64,000 nt of DNA from Pachysolen tannophilus NRRL Y-2460 (lineage: Eukaryota): the NCBI GenBank assembly GCA_001661245.1, contig KV454012.1, positions 402,147 through 466,146 on the forward strand. Reading direction: 5' to 3'. Both the position numbers and the translations under genes were made by a program. Positions 56,708 to 64,000 of the stretch are shown here, one piece after another. How positions within the stretch are numbered: the stretch's first letter is position 1; each line of letters begins with the position of its first letter. Under the pieces are notes generated by a model. The model saw nothing but the letters and a program-made list of their open reading frames with translations. It ran no database searches and had not been told where the DNA came from.

Positions 56708-59692
56708 TTATCTTTGTTTATACTTGTTTTTCTCTAACATGGCAATATGAGCGACAGATTGATCCACTTGAGTATGCTCATGATCATCACATTTCACAAC
56801 ATTACCATCAACGACATCACACATAGAAACTGTTTTTAACCAAGGGTCATTTAAACATTCTTCTATCGTAATACGACAAGCTGGAGCCAACTCTACCATT
56901 TTTCCAATAACTGGTCTGCAAAATTCAGGTAATGCATTCAACAATCTCTTGGCTCCCCTTAATTGAGATGTATGTGATTTCCCTTCTTTATCTACTACAG
57001 TTGATGATTCTTTAGGTTCAGATTGTTTCCCATCATCTCCACCTTCAGGTTTTGGTAGGTCTGCAGACAAATCTTGCGTTATTGTATTCAAAGGAGTAGG
57101 ATAAGATTCACCTTCATTAATAACCTCGCTATAACCCGGAGGAGAAGGAGTTCTTTTCAATAATTCGTGTAAAGTAACATGTTCACCTCGACTGGCAAAC
57201 AGTTTAAAATTTTGATCTGCTAATTTTGGGACTTTCCAAGGAAATTTCTTCAACATCATACAACAATACATCAATGCAACCGACCATACATCAACAGGAC
57301 GAGGGTCATACTTGTTGAATACACAAACTTCAGGTGCCAAGTAAGGATCTGAACCAACAATGCCTTGAGCTTCAATTAAAGTATTGGTAAATGGATAATT
57401 AAAAACCACTGCAGAACCAAAATCTATAATTTTAACAATCCCATCTTTGTTGACAACACAGTTGTCTAATTTCAAATCTCTATGAGCTAAACCCATTGAG
57501 TGAAGATAGTTAACACCAGTTAATATCTGTTTAAAACAACAGTCAATTTCGTTTTGACTCATTTTATTAGACATCACAATTGCAAATAAATCATAATCAC
57601 AATATTCCATTACTTGTAATACTCTATCATTTTCATATGAAATTTCAATTGTTTCTATAATATTAGGATGCTTCAAAGTGGAACCAATACAATATTCCCC
57701 AGTAATTTTTTTGGTGTATTCTCTCTTTGTTTCATGATTATATTTTGGTCTAAATTCTTTAACAGCAAATATCTTTTTATCACTTAATCTCTTGACCAAT
57801 TTCACAGAACCTCCAGCACCAGCTCCCAAATTTTCACCAAATTTACTGTATCTTTTAGAGAAAGGAATTTGTGGAGTAGTGTTACCTCCAATTGACATGC
57901 TGAATGTCTGACTTGTAACAGACCCATAACTTGTTGAAACAGTTGGATTGCTTGTATAGGTGTTTCTTCTTGAAGAATTAGCAGACGAAGGTGGTACTAC
58001 ACCATTAATATTCAAATTTGAATTTAAAGTTGCTCCACTTTGAATTGGTGAAATACTTTTCATTCTTTGTGAAAGCTGACTTGTTCTAGCAGGAGATGAA
58101 GAATAATTTGTGCTTCTTTTAAAAAATCTTTTCAAATCTGCCATTGATGAATGTCTTGTGTTCGAAGCATATATGGAATGACCAGATTCCACCGATGAAG
58201 ATGATGAAGGGCTATGTGGGGAATCATAACTGCTTCCACCAACAATTCCAGGTATATTATTCAGCGGCGAAAAAGAATGTGTATAAGCCGCTGTTGGTGA
58301 TGTTAATTCAGGGTTTACAATCACTGAAGATTTCCGTGATCTACTGAAAAATCCAGAAACACTAGAATGAGACAGTGATCTGTTTAATGATCCGTGACTT
58401 CCAGTACTACCAGAACCATTGTTTAATAAATTTTTTTCTTTTTCCTTTTCCAGTGCATTTGCAGCATATACTTGTGCAATTTTTTGCTTTGATATGACAA
58501 ATCTTGGATCAATTGACGAAGAATTTGTTATAGTTGGTGAGGATATATGGATACTCTGGATTGGTGCACCATTTGCCAAGTTTGGTAAATAAGCGCTACT
58601 ATTTGAATTATTCAAATTTGCAAGATTACCAGTACTACTGCTATTGTTGTTCCCATTTGCATTAAGAGTTGATCCCGAGCTGCTAATATTGCTGTTATTG
58701 CTAATGCTATGGTGATGACTGTGATGGCTGCCAGTACCAGTTCCAGGTCCAGCACCAGCACCAGGTCCAGCACCAGCACCAGGTCCAGCACCAGCACCAG
58801 GTCCGCTGCCAGTACCAGTGCTAGAACCACCACCATTGGTGCCCGCGTTGGCTAATGCAAAAGAAGATCCATTTGAAGAATATGCATTTCTTCCCCCAGG
58901 AGCAGAATAGGGAATTGAAGAAGACAACGACCTGCTATAATTGAAATCATGCACTGATGTTGATGACTGTTGGCGAGCAAACCTCGGCGATACTGGCGGC
59001 CTAACCAGAGGAACCATCTCTGCACTGTTACCGTTACTGTTAACATTACCATTACTATTACTGTTATGGTTATCGTTATCGTTAATGTTGAGGTTAAGGT
59101 TAAGGTTAAGGTTATCGTTATCGCTATCGTTATTGATAATATTATTTTTCGAATTTGCAATCGGAATAACACGGGTATGTTGGGGTATTGATCGATCATT
59201 AGTAGTAATACGAGTATGTTCATGATCATTACCAACCACCAATGGTAACGGTGATGGAGTATTGCGGACAATAACAGTTGAAGGATGTTCATTAGTTGCT
59301 GTTGTAGAATTGCTTATATTGCTTTCATCAGAAGGAGATACACCTTCAATTGAAACCGTTGTAGCTATCACTCCATGAGAATCTGTACCTCTACCAGCAC
59401 CACTACTTCCACTACTACCAGTAGTACCAGTATTACCTATATTGGCCATATTTAAAGTAAGATTAGATGGCTTAACATTTGTATTATTCAGATCAGTATT
59501 TTTCATCAATCTCGTCAATGACGATATTGGTGATTTTGAAGTTTCCCGCTGAACAATTTGAGCAGTTTCGTTCCGCTCATGTTCTTCTTGTCTTAACTGC
59601 AGCTGCAGCTGCAGTTGTTGTTGTTGTTGTTGTTGTTGTAACCAATCCCCAGTACCATCATCATTTGTGTTTCCTCTCGTTTCTTTACTCAT
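56708..59692 (-). CDS. NPR1: Nitrogen permease reactivator Ser/Thr kinase
   Basis: LGAGAGGSVKL, FAVKEFR, HRDLKLDN, DFG, GSDPYLAPE; SIPYS and PRFVISKQK N-terminal motifs; neighbours MRPL19 and IPI3. Confidence 0.9.
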   Translation of the reverse strand: MSKETRGNTNDDGTGDWLQQQQQQQQLQLQLQLRQEEHERNETAQIVQRETSKSPISSLTRLMKNTDLNNTNVKPSNLTLNMANIGNTGTTGSSGSSGAGRGTDSHGVIATTVSIEGVSPSDESNISNSTTATNEHPSTVIVRNTPSPLPLVVGNDHEHTRITTNDRSIPQHTRVIPIANSKNNIINNDSDNDNLNLNLNLNINDNDNHNSNSNGNVNSNGNSAEMVPLVRPPVSPRFARQQSSTSVHDFNYSRSLSSSIPYSAPGGRNAYSSNGSSFALANAGTNGGGSSTGTGSGPGAGAGPGAGAGPGAGAGPGTGTGSHHSHHHSISNNSNISSSGSTLNANGNNNSSSTGNLANLNNSNSSAYLPNLANGAPIQSIHISSPTITNSSSIDPRFVISKQKIAQVYAANALEKEKEKNLLNNGSGSTGSHGSLNRSLSHSSVSGFFSRSRKSSVIVNPELTSPTAAYTHSFSPLNNIPGIVGGSSYDSPHSPSSSSSVESGHSIYASNTRHSSMADLKRFFKRSTNYSSSPARTSQLSQRMKSISPIQSGATLNSNLNINGVVPPSSANSSRRNTYTSNPTVSTSYGSVTSQTFSMSIGGNTTPQIPFSKRYSKFGENLGAGAGGSVKLVKRLSDKKIFAVKEFRPKYNHETKREYTKKITGEYCIGSTLKHPNIIETIEISYENDRVLQVMEYCDYDLFAIVMSNKMSQNEIDCCFKQILTGVNYLHSMGLAHRDLKLDNCVVNKDGIVKIIDFGSAVVFNYPFTNTLIEAQGIVGSDPYLAPEVCVFNKYDPRPVDVWSVALMYCCMMLKKFPWKVPKLADQNFKLFASRGEHVTLHELLKRTPSPPGYSEVINEGESYPTPLNTITQDLSADLPKPEGGDDGKQSEPKESSTVVDKEGKSHTSQLRGAKRLLNALPEFCRPVIGKMVELAPACRITIEECLNDPWLKTVSMCDVVDGNVVKCDDHEHTQVDQSVAHIAMLEKNKYKQR
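58744..58805. repeat. 18-bp coding minisatellite encoding (GPGAGA)x3 in NPR1
   Basis: CCAGGTCCAGCACCAGCA x3 plus a partial unit. Confidence 0.9.
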
Positions 59693-60185
59693 CCTCTTAT
59701 ATTCTTCTATTAATCAACGATCAGAATGTATCCAAATTTACTCATATACCACATATAATTAATATTATATGTACATAAGTTTAAAATCAAGGCTGCTATT
59801 ATTGGCCGGAAAAAAAAAATAAACGTCCTATTAATCAATCAATATTACCTTTAATATCTCATACAAAATTAAATAAAACCTTTCAATTTTTTTTTTTACA
59901 ATAAAACAATATATATATTATTAACACAAAACTCTTCTCACAATTTAATTTAATTTATTAATAAATATATATATATATTATTATTATTATTATTATTAAA
60001 GTATATACTTCTTGCTCTTTCTTTATCTTTTTTAAAAGAAAAAAAACCGCTTGATTTTTGGCGATCAATTTTTTTTTGTTTTCCAGAAAAATGGCAAGAA
60101 AAATTGGGTCACAACACGACCCAATTTGGTCACTTTATAAAATGAAAAGGTATTCATTCAGTTGATGATTGATTGATTTCAATTT

Positions 60186-61484
60186 TTATTTCTTTGAATT
60201 TCTCTTTCTTGTAGAGCCAGAGGATGGTTTAGTTGAAGTAGTTGAAGTGTTTGTGGTGGCCGTTGAGTCAGGTTTCTTTTCAGGTTTCTTTTCAGGGAAT
60301 AATGGCATTTTATCTTTTTTATTGTTTTTCGATGAAATTGATTCCTTTTCTTTCTTTGTAGATAATTTTTTACGTTCAATTGCTGATTTTTTTTCCAATT
60401 CATCAATCATCTTATTTGTCTTATCATATAGCTGCTTACACATTTCTTCATCATTTGGTTCATTTCTTGCTGTATTATAAATTTTACAATCACTAATTAA
60501 ATTTCCTCCTTTTAATTCTTGAAATTTTGGATTTTGTAAAACATGTAAATATGATTGAGCACCTTGAGTACAACTTTTTAAGAAAATAAACCAAATTGGA
60601 TATAATATTAAATAAAGAAAGAGCCCCCACACAGCACCAAAACTTATAATTCTTCTAGTTGAAGGAGATCTCATTATACCAGGATTAATTATATTTATTC
60701 TAACATTATGAGGTAAATTATCCTTTCTTGGTTGTTGTTCAATTTTTTTTTGAAATTCTTTTGCAAACATTAATAACATTAATTTAGAACTACCAAAAAT
60801 TCTCCATGGATTTTTCGATGGATATCTTTTATTTAACCATAAAGGATCATTTAAATCAATATCACCCATTGCTTGAGTAAAACATGTTGTCATTAAAATT
60901 TGAACATCTCTATCCGGTGGTTGTACTCTAAGAGCTGGAGAAAGTAAAGTTAATAAATGGAAATGTCCTAAATAATTTATAGCAATTTGTCTTTCAACTC
61001 CATCTATACTAACTTGCCTTGGGAAACCAATTGGAATACTTTCACCTGCAAGACAAATCACTCCATCTAATCTTCTTGGAGGAGTATTATCTAACCAACT
61101 AGTTGCAAATTTTCTGATGGAATATAAAGAACTAAGATCACATTTCTCAGTATAAATTAAAATATTTTCAGTATCATTTCTTAAATCATCAATATAATCA
61201 ACAAGCCATGGATTCTCCTCAGGTGTAGTTGAAGTCAACAATATTAACTGCGCACCTCTTTTTGCTAATTCTTCAACAACACTTCGGCCAAGACCAGCTG
61301 TGCCTCCAGTAACCAAATACACTTTCCCATGTAAATCTCTTTCCCAAGTATTCTTGACGCCTCCAAAATAATATTTCAAAGATATAGTAGTAATAACTAA
61401 TGGACCAAATGAACGAATATATTCCCATCCAGGTATACCATCAGTTCCCTTCACCAACAAAGTCCCCAAGATATTCAATGGCAT
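60186..61484 (-). CDS. PBR1: Short-chain dehydrogenase/reductase, YNL181W-like
   Basis: NTWERDLHGKVYLVTGGTAGLG, CDLSSLYSIRKFATSWLDNTPPRRLDGVI, RVQPPDRDV; divergent from IPI3. Confidence 0.85.
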   Translation of the reverse strand: MPLNILGTLLVKGTDGIPGWEYIRSFGPLVITTISLKYYFGGVKNTWERDLHGKVYLVTGGTAGLGRSVVEELAKRGAQLILLTSTTPEENPWLVDYIDDLRNDTENILIYTEKCDLSSLYSIRKFATSWLDNTPPRRLDGVICLAGESIPIGFPRQVSIDGVERQIAINYLGHFHLLTLLSPALRVQPPDRDVQILMTTCFTQAMGDIDLNDPLWLNKRYPSKNPWRIFGSSKLMLLMFAKEFQKKIEQQPRKDNLPHNVRINIINPGIMRSPSTRRIISFGAVWGLFLYLILYPIWFIFLKSCTQGAQSYLHVLQNPKFQELKGGNLISDCKIYNTARNEPNDEEMCKQLYDKTNKMIDELEKKSAIERKKLSTKKEKESISSKNNKKDKMPLFPEKKPEKKPDSTATTNTSTTSTKPSSGSTRKRNSKK

Positions 61485-61659
61485 TTCTATCTCTTTCTCT
61501 CTTTTTCTATCTCTATGATCTCAAGCTTTTGGCCTTTAATTACAACTACTTTTCTCTTTTTTAATCTCTTTTTCGTCTTTTCAATTTAAAAGTATTTTAA
61601 AACTTTTCTAATTCCTCTTTTGGACCAGCAGTGCAGTGTTTTTTTTTTTTTTTTAAAAA

Positions 61660-61669
61660 AAAATTTTCA
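61660..61669 (-). promoter_or_regulatory. RRPE-like element upstream of IPI3
   Basis: AAAATTTTCA (TGAAAATTTT on the minus strand) about 90 nt before a ribosome-biogenesis gene; the AT-rich background weakens it. Confidence 0.45.
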
Positions 61670-61760
61670 TTTTATATTAGTTGAACAAGTCATTGGTCTT
61701 ATTTCATTCAAGTTTGAATCGATATTGGTGTTATAGTTTGGTGCTATAGTTTGAGCTATA

Positions 61761-63233
61761 ATGGATGAAGGTGTTTTTTATATATCTAGAGGTGATCCAG
61801 CTGATAAAAATTTGAATAGTTGTTTTGCTCTTTCATCTTCTATTCACAATTCGAAAAGTTTTCAAAGTTTTAGACAATGTTGTTGTAATAGAAATTGCTT
61901 TGTATTTATTAATGGGTTTCAAAAAAAGGATTCTAAGTTGATAGTTGCATGTAGTCAGAGAGCGTTGTTACATGTATATTCATTTGGTAAAGAGAGTCCT
62001 GATCAGAAATTCCCAATACCGGAGGAATTAACATGTTTAACATCGACTAATGATTCTAGTGGGAAACCTTGGTTATTAGCAGGAGGTTCAAAATCAGGGA
62101 AAGTTTATATATGGGAGCTTTCATCAGGTTATTTATTACAAGTTAAAGCTATACATTATCAAGCGGTTTCATGTATTAATTTTACCGATAATTGTGATTT
62201 TTTGATTTCTGGTGGATTAGATTCAAGAATAGCTATTTATAAGACTTTTGATTTGATAAATATTATATCCAATAGTATCAGTAATGGTGGAAGTAATAAT
62301 GATGAAGAAGAAAAATCTATAAAACCTTATGCAATTTTCACAGATCATACTTTACCAGTGACGGATATAGTATTGACAAAAGGTTTAACTAATGATATCA
62401 AAATTTATTCAATTTCAAAAGATTGTACTATAAGATGTTACCATTTAATAACGAAAAAAATTTTGACCACATTTGTTGCTACATCACCTGTAGAAAGTAT
62501 AACATTGGATTCATCTGAAAGATCATTATATCTAGGTTTTGAATCAGGTTTAATTAGACAAGTACCATTATATCAGGTAAATAAAATCAATAGTACATTA
62601 GAAAAAATTGGTGGGAATAATAAGATTATAAATATAAATGATGACCCAGATTTGCAATATACTTTTTTAAATCATAAAGGTTATGAAGTCACATCATTAG
62701 CATTAAGTTTAGATGGAACATATTTAATTTCTGGTGATAGTAAAGGTAGGATATTTATAAGCGATGTAATTACAAAACAAGTTTTAAAAAATTTAAAAGA
62801 ATTATCATCTGGAATTAGTGGAATTTTCCAATTTACTCTTGATGAATCAGAAAATTCTGTATTTGCAGAAATTTCTCTTAAAGATAAACAGAAAAATCAA
62901 TTACCAGTTTTGAAAAGAGTCTTGGTTGGTGAAAAAGATTTACAAAAACATGATGTCTACATAAAATTAAATCAAAATTATTTCGAAACGGAAATTGAAT
63001 TTGAATTGAAAAATTTTATTAACACCACGGCAAATGAAGAATTGGTTTTCTCTAATTTTACAAATATAGATTCAATGACAAAAATTACCACTTCTGATAC
63101 TGATGATTCCTCTAAAGTTAAAGATTTGGAAGAACAATTACAACTGATGAAAAAGGGTTATACAGAATTAAGATCTATTCATGAAGATTTATTTTCTGAA
63201 TATTCAAAATTATTATCAGAAACTAAAAAATAG
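61761..63233 (+). CDS. IPI3: WD40 subunit of the Rix1 complex
   Basis: MDEGVFY, KESPDQKFPIPEEL, GKVYIWELSSG, DHTLPVTD; C-terminal coiled coil. Confidence 0.9.
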   Translation: MDEGVFYISRGDPADKNLNSCFALSSSIHNSKSFQSFRQCCCNRNCFVFINGFQKKDSKLIVACSQRALLHVYSFGKESPDQKFPIPEELTCLTSTNDSSGKPWLLAGGSKSGKVYIWELSSGYLLQVKAIHYQAVSCINFTDNCDFLISGGLDSRIAIYKTFDLINIISNSISNGGSNNDEEEKSIKPYAIFTDHTLPVTDIVLTKGLTNDIKIYSISKDCTIRCYHLITKKILTTFVATSPVESITLDSSERSLYLGFESGLIRQVPLYQVNKINSTLEKIGGNNKIININDDPDLQYTFLNHKGYEVTSLALSLDGTYLISGDSKGRIFISDVITKQVLKNLKELSSGISGIFQFTLDESENSVFAEISLKDKQKNQLPVLKRVLVGEKDLQKHDVYIKLNQNYFETEIEFELKNFINTTANEELVFSNFTNIDSMTKITTSDTDDSSKVKDLEEQLQLMKKGYTELRSIHEDLFSEYSKLLSETKK

Positions 63234-63323
63234 GCGGTGCAAAAAAATAAATACATTCATTCATTTTAAAAAATTGTGTAAAATCTTAATTCTTCTATTG
63301 TACATTATAGTTTTCTCACTTGT

Positions 63324-63806
63324 CTATACACTTTTCTTTCTCTTAGAAGGAGGTGACAATGGTCTATTAAACCCATTTTTCCTGTTCATGTATTGTCTAT
63401 ATTCAGCTTTTTTATTCTTAACAGAACCATAAACGTTTGTACCTTCAACTTTCTTATTTTTTGTAGTTCCAAACCCATTAAACCCCATTAAACTCAGCAT
63501 ATCATGTATCGATGGATCTTCCTGTATTGAAATATCATCTCCATCACTATCATTATACTCCTGTCTTTTTGATGTTCTTCCTCTAGACTCTTCTTCCACC
63601 TCTTGTTTCCCCTCAATAATTTCTTGTTCGTGCTTGTCATCTACCCCATCATCATCATCATTTTCTTCTTCATCTGCTTCTTTCTTTCTATCCAGCAACA
63701 GCGGTGACCTTTCTCTAAAACTACTTCTTCCCTTGTCACCTTCTCCATCCACACTCCTCTCTCTCTTCCTGTCTTTCAAGTTAATCTGTATCTTCTTCGG
63801 ACCCAT
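63324..63806 (-). CDS. SNRNP27: U4/U6.U5 tri-snRNP 27-kDa protein (DUF1777)
   Basis: MGFNGFGTTKNKKV...YRQYMNRKNGFNRPLSP; short RS/RE-like N-terminus. Confidence 0.9.
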   Translation of the reverse strand: MGPKKIQINLKDRKRERSVDGEGDKGRSSFRERSPLLLDRKKEADEEENDDDDGVDDKHEQEIIEGKQEVEEESRGRTSKRQEYNDSDGDDISIQEDPSIHDMLSLMGFNGFGTTKNKKVEGTNVYGSVKNKKAEYRQYMNRKNGFNRPLSPPSKRKKSV

Positions 63807-64000
63807 TTCTGTTTAATTGTAATCATTTCTAAAAAATGTTAAAATCTTTAAAATAAATATTTTTAATTATGTGTTTAAAAATTTCTTTATCTTTTTACAT
63901 TAAAAAAAATTTTTTTTAAAAAATTTTCATTTTATCAAATTATAAAGAAATAAATTATAATTATCATTGTTTAGATCAAAGGTGATAACGTACTAGTGAA

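Noticed and set aside
56004..56750. ORFs spanning the N run
   Set aside because: Artefacts of the assembly gap
332..63816. Many 60-150-aa antisense, overlapping or poly-K/poly-F ORFs in the track
   Set aside because: Shadows of real genes or homopolymer tracts; no recognisable motifs
1..64000. Transposons, LTRs, tRNA/rRNA genes, CRISPR arrays
   Set aside because: No gag/pol/transposase motifs, terminal repeats, cloverleafs or spaced repeats found by eye; small snoRNAs could have been missed

Overview
AT-rich chromosomal segment from a budding yeast (Saccharomycotina), with about 30 protein genes, short spliceosomal introns and one assembly gap (56309-56682). CTG codons at alignable positions read best as Ala (e.g. 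SAP motif MSLQ[A]LKTEC, CPA2 DDAL[A]AA, NPR1 QQ[A]Q[A]Q[A]Q). This points to the CUG-Ala clade (Pachysolen-type, translation table 26), so the supplied L translations are probably wrong at CTG. Recognisable genes: DAO, MRPL27, DPB3-like, RFC2, GEF1, RIP1, HUL4, AIM34, MIX17, complex I 49-kDa subunit, GPI19, a hydantoinase-DUF917 fusion, CPA2, GPA2, FMP27, RIM4, RRI1, SWT21, UBP10, a SAM methyltransferase, MRPL19, NPR1, PBR1, IPI3 and SNRNP27. Reading the apparent intergenic DNA gave four features missing from the ORF track: two paralogous 3-exon microprotein genes of a family I do not recognise (3130-3538 and 8630-9081, both with a 233-nt middle exon), a 3-exon CYSTM gene (4022-4526), and a decayed tandem DAO copy with a duplicated promoter block (2704-3073). 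Gene names come from remembered motifs; no database search was run.
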